Shown here in pieces: positions 53,840-62,951 of a stretch of DNA of 64,000 bases. Each line of letters starts with the position of its first letter. Position 1 is the first letter of the stretch. Both the position numbers and the translations under genes were made by a program. The stretch is from NCBI GenBank assembly GCA_963801165.1, contig CAWDDT010000011.1, positions 96,001 to 160,000 on the forward strand, read 5' to 3'. The notes below the pieces were generated by a model, which was given only the letters and a program-made list of their open reading frames with translations, was not told where the DNA came from and did no database searches. The stretch comes from an uncultured bacterium. Lineage in GTDB: Bacteria; Actinomycetota; Acidimicrobiia; Spongiisociales; UBA5794.

Positions 53840-53983
53840 CAGACCAGAGGCTCACCTGCCCGCCTCCCTCTGTGCGGGCAATCTCCCAAGCGAACATACG
53901 CGGGAGAGCGCGACGCTGTGCCACTTATTACCGTCTATGACCCGGGACAGGGCAGCGCACAGCCAGGAAGCATCCGTACCGGG

Positions 53984-54490
53984 CTAATACACCAGCTTGC
54001 GCACCGCACGAAGCACGGACCCGTCGGTAACGAGATCGGGCACTGCCGGGAGCGGAACCCAGCGGACGGCGAGCACTTCATCCGAGTCGGCAAGACGCTC
54101 GCTCTTTGCCTCGAGCAGGAACCTGACATCGAAGTGGAGATGGCCCGGTCTATCCCCGTGCGGCGGAATGTCATGCACGTCGACATCGAAGATGCCATCG
54201 CGGAGCGGTCCCCCCACGACACCCGTCTCCTCCTCTACCTCACGGATAGCCGCGGTCAGCACGTCCTCACCCGGTTCGACATGGCCACCCGGCTGGAGCC
54301 AGGTTCTCAGCTTGCCGTGAAGGATGAGCAGCAGGTTGGCATGGGTGGAGTCGAGGACAAAGGCGCTCGCAGTGACATGGCCGGGCGTGTAGAAGCCGGC
54401 GGACATGACCGCGCCTTCGGCACCGATCAGGTCGAGGATCGCCGCGACAGCGTCGCTCTCGCCGGGTGACGGTTCGAAACGCTCGAGCAA
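53984..54490 (-). CDS. NUDIX hydrolase
   Basis: GHVTASA..WLQPGGHVEPGE..AIREVEEETG..HLHFDVRF. Confidence 0.9.
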   Translation of the reverse strand: MLERFEPSPGESDAVAAILDLIGAEGAVMSAGFYTPGHVTASAFVLDSTHANLLLILHGKLRTWLQPGGHVEPGEDVLTAAIREVEEETGVVGGPLRDGIFDVDVHDIPPHGDRPGHLHFDVRFLLEAKSERLADSDEVLAVRWVPLPAVPDLVTDGSVLRAVRKLVY

Positions 54491-54529
54491 GGCTCGCAGC
54501 TGGAGGCGGTGCTGGTCGGAGATGGTTGG

Positions 54530-54880
54530 CTAGACGAACTCGATGATGGCCATCTCGGTGCCATCACCACGCCGTGGGCCCAACTTGACGATTCGTGTGT
54601 AACCGCCGTCACGATCCTCGTAACGCGGCGCGACATCGTCGAACAATTTGGTCACCACAGCCTTGTTCTGGATTCTGCGGAGAACCAGCCGCCGGGCATG
54701 GAGATCGCCGCGCCGGGCCTTGGTGACCATCTTCTCAACGTACGGACGGAGCAACTTGGCACGCGTCGCGGTGGTCGTTATCCGCTCTTCCTGGATGAGC
54801 GATGCCGCCATGTTGGCGAGGATCTTCCGCTGATGCGACGGGCTCCCCCCGATACGGGGACCCTTCTTCGGCTTTGGCAT
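54530..54880 (-). CDS. rplQ: 50S ribosomal protein L17
   Basis: MPKPKKGPR..GGYTRIVKLGPRRGD. Confidence 0.98.
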   Translation of the reverse strand: MPKPKKGPRIGGSPSHQRKILANMAASLIQEERITTTATRAKLLRPYVEKMVTKARRGDLHARRLVLRRIQNKAVVTKLFDDVAPRYEDRDGGYTRIVKLGPRRGDGTEMAIIEFV

Positions 54881-55830
54881 CAGACACGCTCCTCGACTTC
54901 ACCCGAGTGAGTGAGAGAAAGACCCAGCTCGTCGAGCTTTGCGGTGACCTCTTCAAGGCTCTTCTGCCCGAAGTTGGTGATGTTGAGCAGCTCGTCTTCG
55001 GTCTTCTGCACCAGCTCGCCCACCGTCTGGATCTGCGCCCGCCGCAGACAGTTGCGAGGACGTTCGGAGAGGTCAAGCGCCTCGATGGGAAGATCGAGGT
55101 CGGGTGACGTCGATTCGGCGGTGACGATGTCGCCGAGCTCCAGCCCTTCGCCCTCGTCCATGTCGGCGAACAGGCCAAGCAGCTCGCGCAGCGTCTTGCC
55201 GGCCGACGAGACGGCTTCGCTGGCCGACAGCGACGAGTCCGTTTCGACGTCGAGAATGAGCCGGTCGAAGTTGGTCACCATGCCCACCTGGGTGTCATCG
55301 ACACGGAAGGCGACCTTGCGTACCGGAGAGAAAATGGAGTCGATGGGGATGACGCCGATCGTGTCGCTCTTGGAGTTGTGCTCGGCGGAGCGGTAACCGA
55401 CGCCCCGCTCGGCCGTCATCTCGACTTCGAGGGCCCCCGACGACGAGAGCGTCGCCAAATGGAGATCGGTGTTGACGACCTCGATACCTGCAGGCACCTT
55501 GATGTCGCCGGCGGTCACCTCGCCGGCACCCTTGGCGGAGAGGTACAGGGTGTGTGCGCCGTCGCCCTCGACCCGCAGCACGACCCGCTTCAGATTGAGG
55601 ATGAAATCGACAACGTCCTCGACGACTCCCTCGATCGTAGAGAACTCGTGATGGACTCCTTCGATTCGTACCGAAGTGATCGCGGCACCGGGGATACGGG
55701 CGAGCAGGGCACGCCGCAGAGTGTTGCCGAGCGTGTGGCCGAAACCGCGCTCGAGCGGTTCCACAACGAACCGCGAGCGGTTGTCGCTGACCTTCTCTTC
55801 TTCAATATGGGGACGCTGGACGATGAGCAC
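54880..55830 (-). CDS. rpoA: RNA polymerase alpha subunit
   Basis: EPLERGFGHTLGNTLRR, HEFSTIEGV, DSIFSPV, NFGQKS. Confidence 0.99.
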   Translation of the reverse strand: MLIVQRPHIEEEKVSDNRSRFVVEPLERGFGHTLGNTLRRALLARIPGAAITSVRIEGVHHEFSTIEGVVEDVVDFILNLKRVVLRVEGDGAHTLYLSAKGAGEVTAGDIKVPAGIEVVNTDLHLATLSSSGALEVEMTAERGVGYRSAEHNSKSDTIGVIPIDSIFSPVRKVAFRVDDTQVGMVTNFDRLILDVETDSSLSASEAVSSAGKTLRELLGLFADMDEGEGLELGDIVTAESTSPDLDLPIEALDLSERPRNCLRRAQIQTVGELVQKTEDELLNITNFGQKSLEEVTAKLDELGLSLTHSGEVEERV

Positions 55831-55857
55831 GCTCTGCTCCTCCGACTCGGGCTAGGA

Positions 55858-56463
55858 CTACTTCGAGTAAAGCTCGACAACTAGTTGTTCTTTGATCTCT
55901 GTGTCGATCTGTTCACGGCTGGGAACGACGGTCACCGTGGCGGTGCGGGTGTTGGCATCGACGTCGAGCCACTCGGGTGCCGAGCGGTCGATTGTGTCGA
56001 TGGCCTGCTGCACCGCAAAGGTATCTTTGCTGCGCTCCTTGATGGTCACGACATCGCCTGCCCGTACCTGGTACGAGGGGATGTCGACCTTGCTGCCGTT
56101 GACGCGGAAATGGCCATGATTGACCAGCTGCCGCGCCTGGGGGCGGGTACGCGCAAAGCCAGCGCGATACACCACGTTGTCTAAACGACACTCGAGGATC
56201 TGCAAGAGGGTCGTACCGGTGATGCCGGAAGCGCGGTTCGCCTGTTTGTAGTAGCGACGGAACTGCTTCTCGAGCACACCGTAGATGTGACGCAGCTTCT
56301 GCTTCTCGCGAAGCTGGACGAGGTACTGCGATTCACGGATACGACCGCGCCCATGGTCACCCGGCGGGTAGGGCCGACGATCGAAGTACTTGGCCTTGTT
56401 CTCGTCGAGAAGCTGGCGCGCCCTGCGGCTGACCTTGGTACGGGGTCCGGTGTATCGAGCCAT
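55858..56463 (-). CDS. rpsD: 30S ribosomal protein S4
   Basis: MARYTGP, QLREKQK, RLDNVVYR, VELYSK. Confidence 0.99.
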   Translation of the reverse strand: MARYTGPRTKVSRRARQLLDENKAKYFDRRPYPPGDHGRGRIRESQYLVQLREKQKLRHIYGVLEKQFRRYYKQANRASGITGTTLLQILECRLDNVVYRAGFARTRPQARQLVNHGHFRVNGSKVDIPSYQVRAGDVVTIKERSKDTFAVQQAIDTIDRSAPEWLDVDANTRTATVTVVPSREQIDTEIKEQLVVELYSK

Positions 56464-56853
56464 CTAGCGACCCTTCCGCTTCTTCGGACGGCAGCCGTTG
56501 TGCGGGATCGGTGTGTTGTCCCTGATCCCGGTGACCTCGATACCCATGTTCTGCAGGGTTCGGATGGCCGTATCACGCCCGGAGCCCGAACCGGCGACGA
56601 TCACGTCGAGTTTCCGCATCCCCATCTCACCTGCTTTACGGGCGGCCTGTTCGGCTGCAACCTGGGCCGCATACGGTGTCGACTTGCGGGACCCCTTGAA
56701 ACCGACCGAGCCGCCGGAGGTCCAAGCTTGAACCCGGCCCTCTTGATCGGTGATGGTGATGATTGTGTTGTTGAAACTCGCCTTGATGTGCGCCTGGCCG
56801 TGGGAGATATTCCTCTTGACCTTGCGACGGCTGCGTTGCTGGGGCTTCGCCAC
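56464..56853 (-). CDS. rpsK: 30S ribosomal protein S11
   Basis: [26 protein letters not shown]. Confidence 0.99.
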   Translation of the reverse strand: MAKPQQRSRRKVKRNISHGQAHIKASFNNTIITITDQEGRVQAWTSGGSVGFKGSRKSTPYAAQVAAEQAARKAGEMGMRKLDVIVAGSGSGRDTAIRTLQNMGIEVTGIRDNTPIPHNGCRPKKRKGR

Positions 56854-56871
56854 TTGCTACCTCTCCGCGAC

Positions 56872-57249
56872 CTACTTGGTGACCTTCTTCTTACCCGCAA
56901 TGGCAACGGCCTTGCCTTTGCGGGTGCGCGCATTGGTGTGGGTGCGCTGCCCACGAACCGGGAGACCGCGACGATGACGGAAACCCTGGTAGGAACCGAT
57001 CTCGATCTTCCGCTTGATGTTCTGGGAGACCTCGCGACGTAGGTCACCTTCAACCGTGAGGTTGGCGTCGATGTACTGGCGGATCCGAACAACTTCGCTG
57101 TCGGTGAGATCACGCACCTGCGTACCCCGATCGATATCGAGATCGTCGAGGATCTGGTGTGAGGTCCTCAGACCGACACCGAAGATATAGGTGAGACCGA
57201 TCTCGACACGCTTATCTCTGGGAAGGTCGGTTCCGGCAATACGAGCCAT
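56872..57249 (-). CDS. rpsM: 30S ribosomal protein S13
   Basis: [23 protein letters not shown]. Confidence 0.99.
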   Translation of the reverse strand: MARIAGTDLPRDKRVEIGLTYIFGVGLRTSHQILDDLDIDRGTQVRDLTDSEVVRIRQYIDANLTVEGDLRREVSQNIKRKIEIGSYQGFRHRRGLPVRGQRTHTNARTRKGKAVAIAGKKKVTK

Positions 57250-57253
57250 ACAG

Positions 57254-57367
57254 TTACCCCTGACGCTGCTTGTGGCGCGGGTTGGAGCAGATCACCCAAA
57301 CGCGCCCATGCCGGCGAATCACCCGGCATTTCTCACACATCTTCTTTACGGACGCTGATACTTTCAT
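57254..57367 (-). CDS. rpmJ: 50S ribosomal protein L36 (zinc-ribbon type)
   Basis: Manual translation [37 protein letters not shown]; too short for the ORF track. Confidence 0.97.
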   Translation of the reverse strand: MKVSASVKKMCEKCRVIRRHGRVWVICSNPRHKQRQG

Positions 57368-57585
57368 CGGTACCTGTAAATAATCCTGCCGCGTTCGAGG
57401 TCATAGGGAGACATCTCGATGCGCACCTTATCTCCGGGCAGGATCCGGATGTAGTTCATCCGCATCTTGCCAGAGATATGGCACAACACTTCGTGCCCAT
57501 TGTCGAGCTTCACCCTGAACATGGCGTTCGGAAGAGGCTCGACGACGGTGCCTATTACCTCAATTACGTCGTCTTTTTTAGCCAC
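57364..57585 (-). CDS. infA: Translation initiation factor IF-1
   Basis: [27 protein letters not shown]. Confidence 0.98.
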   Translation of the reverse strand: MAKKDDVIEVIGTVVEPLPNAMFRVKLDNGHEVLCHISGKMRMNYIRILPGDKVRIEMSPYDLERGRIIYRYR

Positions 57586-57696
57586 AAGAAATTGCCGGCC
57601 CGGACTTGGGCCGGACGGCAACTATAGAAACTCCTGCAAGCGTGAGCAAATCGCACGCGCAAACCACGTGCAACCAGAGACGAGCTGCCTCACTAC

Positions 57697-57725
57697 ACAG
57701 TATACGGTCGTCACCGGCTGTTCAA
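57697..57725 (-). promoter_or_regulatory. Probable promoter of the infA-rplQ operon
   Basis: TTGAAC-N17-TACTGT, overlapping TATACT. Confidence 0.5.
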
Positions 57726-57841
57726 GGGTCTGGCACCAACACATGACCAGGCCGTCTCGTCGGGAATCGAGCTGTGTCACAGCAACTGATCCGGCGAAGC
57801 GGCACACGAACCGCTTGCTCGATGCTTCCTAGACTCCCCTG

Positions 57842-58915
57842 ATGGGTCAATTGAGTGTCGGCATCATGGGAGCAGGATCGATCGGCTGCTACGTCGGCGG
57901 CCGGCTGCTCGCCTCCCGAGCCGCCGACGTCACGTTTGTTGGTCGTGAGCGAGTGGCACAAGAGCTCGCTGAACACGGTCTGACCGTACGGGACCACAAC
58001 AACGCGGTGACGATCTCGCCCGAGCACATTACGTTCGCAAGTGATCCGGCGGCTGTTGCCGGATGCGACGTCATCGCCGTCTCCGTCAAGAGTGCACATA
58101 CCCCTGAGGTGGGTCAAGACCTCGCCGACGTACTACCGCCGGGAACCACCGTCGTCAGCATCCAGAACGGTGTCCGCAATGCCACGACCCTGCGGGAGAG
58201 CCTCCCCACCTGCACGGTGGTCGCCGGCGTCGTCGACTTCAACGTGGTTTCGCTCGGCGACGGGGTGTTCCACTGTGGTCTCGGCGGTGGCCTGTCGTTC
58301 GCCCGCGGCGCCGCAGCTCTAGCGGACTCGCTTCGCAATGCTGGTTTCGCCGTCACCGAGCATGCCGACATCGCCCCGATCCAGTGGACCAAACTGCTCG
58401 TCAACCTCAACAACGCCGTTAGTGCGCTTTCCGATGTTCCGACCCGCGAGATGCTTGCTAGCCGCAGCTACCGGAGAGTGATCGCCGCTCTCATCACCGA
58501 GGGTGTAGCCACTCTACGAACTGCGGGGATTCGCCCGGCGCCATTGCGAGGTCTGCCCGTGGCACTGATGCCAAGGATTCTGCGTCTTCCCGACGCCCTT
58601 GCCCACATCGTGTTGCGTGCCCAGATCCGCGCCGATCCGCACGCCCGGTCCTCGATGTGGGAAGACCTGACCCGGCGGCGCTCGACCGAGGTCGATTTTC
58701 TCAATGGTGAGATCGTGAGACTCGGCGCCGACGCTGGTGTATCCGCCCCGCTCAACAGCCGCATGGTCGAGCTGGTCCACGCCGCAGAAGCTGCCGGCGC
58801 GGGCCCGCCGGGCATCAGCGCCGGTGCGCTGTGGGATGAGCTGCGCGCCGCGGGCAGGTTTGACTTCGCTCCCGCCGCGCGGTGGCTCCGCCGCGCTACT
58901 CGGTCGTGGTTCTAA
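57842..58915 (+). CDS. panE: 2-dehydropantoate 2-reductase family protein
   Basis: GAGSIG, VSVKS, IQNGV, WTKLLVNLNNA, SSMWEDL..TEVDFLNG. Confidence 0.85.
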   Translation: MGQLSVGIMGAGSIGCYVGGRLLASRAADVTFVGRERVAQELAEHGLTVRDHNNAVTISPEHITFASDPAAVAGCDVIAVSVKSAHTPEVGQDLADVLPPGTTVVSIQNGVRNATTLRESLPTCTVVAGVVDFNVVSLGDGVFHCGLGGGLSFARGAAALADSLRNAGFAVTEHADIAPIQWTKLLVNLNNAVSALSDVPTREMLASRSYRRVIAALITEGVATLRTAGIRPAPLRGLPVALMPRILRLPDALAHIVLRAQIRADPHARSSMWEDLTRRRSTEVDFLNGEIVRLGADAGVSAPLNSRMVELVHAAEAAGAGPPGISAGALWDELRAAGRFDFAPAARWLRRATRSWF

Positions 58916-59004
58916 GGATGTCGTGGTTCCAAGGATGTCGTGGTTCTAAGGATGTCGTGGTTCTAAGGATGTCGTGGTTCTAAGGATGTCGTGGTTCTAA
59001 GGAT
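58903..59004 (+). repeat. 6 x 17-bp tandem repeat GTCGTGGTTCTAAGGAT
   Basis: Six contiguous units with one substitution (unit 2, TTCCAA); unit 1 contains the panE stop. Confidence 0.95.
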
Positions 59005-59034
59005 ATTGAAGGGCGACATCCGCAAGGGCCAGCA

Positions 59035-59082
59035 ATCCCCCATCTCGGGGGGATCGGACGGGCGCAGCCCGGCCGAGGGGGA
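59035..59082. repeat. Dispersed double-hairpin element, family B
   Basis: ATCCCCCATCTCGGGGGGATCGGACGGGC-gca-GCCCGGCCGAGGGGGA. Confidence 0.7.
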
Positions 59083-59153
59083 CACAGCCAACGGCGACCA
59101 TCGCTTGTCCTTCCGCCCGGTTTCTTGTCACTGGCGGTTGATACCTTGTCGTC

Positions 59154-60270
59154 ATGTTGTTTACCGATCCCGATGTTGTCGTCGATTTCCGGGCCGAGTT
59201 GGCAGAGAACAATGCCGACATTGCCCGTCTCCAGGCACGCCAGTTGACCCTGCTCAACCAGCTACACCGGGCCGGGGTCGCTCAGGCCGACGGGGCCCGC
59301 TCCATGATCGACTGGACCGCAGCCACCCTGGACGTCAACCACAACAACGCTCAGCAAATGGTCGATGCCGCCAATCGCATGTACCGCACCGACCCGCACC
59401 TATACCGACAGTTCGAAGCCGGCGACATCACCTTCGACCGGGCCATCGCCACCCTCAACCTGATCGGCACCCAAGCCCCCACCGCTGTCATCGAACGCAG
59501 CCTCCACATCGATCTGACCGCAGTCAACCGGCTCACCCACCAGTACCGGCGGATCACCCGCAAAGACGAACAACAAGCCTTCTGTGACCGCTACTTCACC
59601 ATCCAACCCAACCTGGACAACACACAATGGCGGGGCAGCTTCGAACTCCCCGCCACCGAAGGCTCCATCGTCGACCAAGCCATCGCCGGGCAAGCAGACC
59701 AGCTACGACGGCTCCCCGGCTCGGACCGTTACACCCGCAGCCAACTCAACGCCGACGCCCTGGTGATGATCTCCCAAGACTCCCTCGACAACAACACCAC
59801 CGGCACATCTTCAGGCTGTTCGGCGGCCACGGTGTTTGTTGATTTGGACCGGGCCAACGGCACATCCGGTGAGATGGGTGTCGAGCTGCGAATACGGACC
59901 GAGGGTCGGACCAACCGTCCTTGAAGAAGTTCTGTGTGGCGGCACCGTCCGCATCGTCGGACTAAAAGACGGTCAACCCGTCGTCACCACCCGGGCAACC
60001 TCGACAATCCCACCCGCGATACGTGACTTTGTGGCCTGGCGCGACAAAAGCTGCATCGTCAACGGCTGCCACAGCCGCTACCGCCTCCAAATCCACCACA
60101 TCAACCACCGAGCCCACGGCGGCGACCACGACCCCAACAACCTCGCAACCTTGTGCTGGTTCCACCACCACATCGCCATCCACCACACCGGATTCACCCT
60201 CAACCTGAGCGACCCACCCCACTGTCGCAGACTCATCAAACCCAACCACGCCCACGACCCACCCCGGTGA
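59154..60270 (+). CDS. DUF222 (13E12-repeat-like) HNH endonuclease; one frameshift near 59889
   Basis: QLNADALV (DUF222-like), then IPPAIRDFVAWRDKSCIVNGC..QIHHINH..GGDHDPNNLATLCWFHH (zinc-finger HNH). Confidence 0.85.
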
Positions 60271-60342
60271 CACGACGTCCACTTCCCCCAGCCGAGGCCA
60301 CGACCCACCCTGGTGATGCTGCCGTGACTTCCCCCTGCCGTA
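60250..60342 (+). repeat. 2 x 46-bp diverged tandem duplication at the HNH 3' end
   Basis: CCACGACCCACCCYGGTGA at 60252 and 60298; ACTTCCCCCWGCCG at 60281 and 60327. Confidence 0.8.
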
Positions 60343-60471
60343 CTCCGCCGAGCCGACCAACCCGCCAACCCGCCGGCCCGGATCGAGCCCCCTACCTAGA
60401 GAACCCTCGCATCGGAGGGCGCTTTGGCGCGCCCGCATGAACGGGTCCGACCAGCCGCGCCAAATACCTGT

Positions 60472-60912
60472 TCAGCGGATGTCCATCGTGAACGTGTACG
60501 ACGTCTTGTTGCTCTCGAAACCGAGGCTTTTGTAGAAGGCGTGTGCGTCGTGACGAACCACGTTCGACCGCAATCGCACCTCCGTGTGCCCACGCTTGCC
60601 GCCCCAAGCAACCGCAGCATCCATCAGAGCCCTGCCGATACCGCTCCGGCGGACGTGATCGGCCACCACAAGACCACCGATCTCGAGGAATCGGGGGTAG
60701 ACGAGCAGCTCGACGTCGTGCGCCTGCACCCAGCCCGCCACCTGACCGTCGACAACGGCAACAAACGCTACGTCGGGCTCCCCGGCACCGGTGATCCACC
60801 GCTCGATCGCAGCCGGAGACCGCTCGTAGCCGAGCTGTCGGCACAGGTCGCTGAGTACCGGAGCATCCTCAACCACAGCAGAACGGATCTCGATGTCAGC
60901 CACGGCCAGCAC
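60472..60912 (-). CDS. GNAT acetyltransferase
   Basis: EIGGLVV..RRSGIGRALM..AHAFYKSLGF. Confidence 0.88.
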   Translation of the reverse strand: MLAVADIEIRSAVVEDAPVLSDLCRQLGYERSPAAIERWITGAGEPDVAFVAVVDGQVAGWVQAHDVELLVYPRFLEIGGLVVADHVRRSGIGRALMDAAVAWGGKRGHTEVRLRSNVVRHDAHAFYKSLGFESNKTSYTFTMDIR

Positions 60913-61402
60913 GCCTCATCCAGCGCCGCACTGCCACACCGAACGGCTCCTCTCGCTCCGTCAGCATCACCGATGCCCGCTCAGCGGAAGCATGGGCGCT
61001 CGTCACCAGGGCCGTCGGGTACTCGTACTTCACCTGGTGCTCGGCAAACTCGTCCTCGTCTAGAACCTCGACCGAACCATCGACTTTGCGTACCACGTCG
61101 AGATCGAGATCGACCTGCCGCACCGTGGCGTTGTTCCACTCCGGCGGGGTGCCGATGTTGACGTAGATCTCGTGCCATGGATGATCCCAGTAGTACTCGA
61201 CCATCCACCATTCCTCTTCGGGCACCAGACCGACAAAGCCGCTCCGTAGCTGCCGAGGTGGCTCATGGCCCCTCCGGGCAACCGTCTCCTCCGGCACGTA
61301 CAACCAGACGCCGTGCTCGTCGTCACCGAGACGCACGGCGTCGAACTGCCAGTGCAGTCCGTCCGGCCACTTCCGCTCGTCGACGTGCACTATCTCAACC
61401 AT
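60896..61402 (-). CDS. DUF402 family protein
   Basis: KWPDGLHW, YVNI, VDLDLDV, LDEDEF. Confidence 0.8.
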   Translation of the reverse strand: MVEIVHVDERKWPDGLHWQFDAVRLGDDEHGVWLYVPEETVARRGHEPPRQLRSGFVGLVPEEEWWMVEYYWDHPWHEIYVNIGTPPEWNNATVRQVDLDLDVVRKVDGSVEVLDEDEFAEHQVKYEYPTALVTSAHASAERASVMLTEREEPFGVAVRRWMRRAGRG

Positions 61403-61546
61403 GTCCGGAGCCTAGGCCTGATACCCCTGCTGCTGGTCAGGCCGGGCAACGCGATGATGACGGTGAAGAATGCAAACAGCCGGCAGCCGGTCGAGTACGA
61501 CCTACAGTCGTCTGGTATGTCGTGCCGGCCAACATCTGAGCGCTGC

Positions 61547-62329
61547 TCAGACGCTGACCAACTTCGGCTCGGGTAACGTCGACACCACAGGACCGTCTTC
61601 GGTGATCAATACGGTGTGCTCCCAGTGCGCCGACAGCGCCCCGTCCTCGGTGACCACGGTCCAACCGTCGTCGAGCACGGCGGTCTCGGCTGTGCCGAGG
61701 TTGAACATCGGCTCGATGGCGATCGCCATTCCCACCTTCAGCTTGAGCCCGCGGCCCTTCTTCCCATAATTGGGCACGTCGGGTGCCTCGTGCATCTGAC
61801 GGCCGATCCCATGGCCGATGTATTCACGCACCACCCCGTATCCGTATGGTGCCGCGATTGCAGAGACGGCCGCACCGACGTCTCCGAGCCGGTTGCCCGC
61901 CCGAGCCGCGGCGATGCCCGCCCAGAGGCCCTGCTCGGTGACCTCGATCAGCTGCTTCGCCTCCGGGGACACGTCACCGATTGCCATGGTGAAGGCGGCG
62001 TCACCGTGCCACCCGTCGTAGATGGCACCGGCGTCGATGGAGAGGATATCGCCGTCGCGCAGCTTGTACTTGCCGGGAATCCCGTGGACGATCACCTCAT
62101 TCGGAGACGTGCAGATCGTCGCCGGGAACCCGTGGTAACCGAGAAAAGAGGATCGGCAATCAGCTTTACGTAACACCTCATGAGCGATGGCATCGAGCGC
62201 GAGCATCGTGACGCCCGGGACCGCGGCCTCTCGGACCGCGGCGTGCACGGCTGCCACGACCTTTCCTGCGGTCTTCATCTTCTCGAAGTCCGCCGCCGTC
62301 TTCATCGTCATGAAACGCCCGCTCATCAA
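61547..62329 (-). CDS. map: Methionine aminopeptidase type I
   Basis: NEVIVHGIP, DAG..GD, GHGIG..HE, IEPM, SAHWEHT. Confidence 0.97.
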   Translation of the reverse strand: MMSGRFMTMKTAADFEKMKTAGKVVAAVHAAVREAAVPGVTMLALDAIAHEVLRKADCRSSFLGYHGFPATICTSPNEVIVHGIPGKYKLRDGDILSIDAGAIYDGWHGDAAFTMAIGDVSPEAKQLIEVTEQGLWAGIAAARAGNRLGDVGAAVSAIAAPYGYGVVREYIGHGIGRQMHEAPDVPNYGKKGRGLKLKVGMAIAIEPMFNLGTAETAVLDDGWTVVTEDGALSAHWEHTVLITEDGPVVSTLPEPKLVSV

Positions 62330-62892
62330 TCGACCGCCAATGCCAGTGCCACGCGGGCGAAGACCTCGTCGATCGCGCCGAGGCCGTCAACACGAAAAAC
62401 CTTACGGCCACCGTCGCGGTAATAGTCGGACAAGGGGGCGGTTTCCTCCCAGTAGATCGCCAGACGACGCGAGATCCCCTCTTCGGTGTCGTCGGCCCGA
62501 CCCTCGCGCTCGGCGCGCAGCAACATCCGCTCCATCAGCTCGTCGTGGGGAACGTCGAGCTGTACCAGACCGTCGAGCGGCGTGGCGAGGACCTCATCGA
62601 GCGCTCTGGCCTGGGCTACGTTGCGCGGGAAACCGTCGAGGATGTAGCCGCAGGCAGCGTCTTCCTGCGCCAGCCGCTCCCCGACCATTGCCACCACGAG
62701 GTCGTCTGGAACTAGATCGCCGGCCTGCATGATGGCATCCGCCTTCTTGCCGAGCTCGGTGGCGTCGGCAACCGCCTGCCGCAACATCTCACCCGTCGAG
62801 ATGTGCGGTACGCCCATGAGGCGGGCCAACCGCGATGCTTGTGTTCCCTTACCCGAGCCTTGTGGTCCAAGAAAAATGAGCCGGAGACCCAT
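62326..62892 (-). CDS. adk: Adenylate kinase (short-LID form)
   Basis: GPQGSGKGTQ, HISTG, LDGFPR, GRADD. Confidence 0.97.
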   Translation of the reverse strand: MGLRLIFLGPQGSGKGTQASRLARLMGVPHISTGEMLRQAVADATELGKKADAIMQAGDLVPDDLVVAMVGERLAQEDAACGYILDGFPRNVAQARALDEVLATPLDGLVQLDVPHDELMERMLLRAEREGRADDTEEGISRRLAIYWEETAPLSDYYRDGGRKVFRVDGLGAIDEVFARVALALAVD

Positions 62893-62951
62893 CGGTCACT
62901 CCTTCGTGAGTCGCGTGCCCACGATGTTAAAGCGCTCAGATCAGCCCGGAT

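Noticed and set aside
58903-59004. CRISPR array
   Set aside because: Units are contiguous with no spacers, only 17 bp long, and no cas genes are present in the window.
61415-61546. Small membrane-protein ORF between map and DUF402
   Set aside because: Only a short hydrophobic stretch (LFAFFTVIIAL) with no credible start; at most a remnant.
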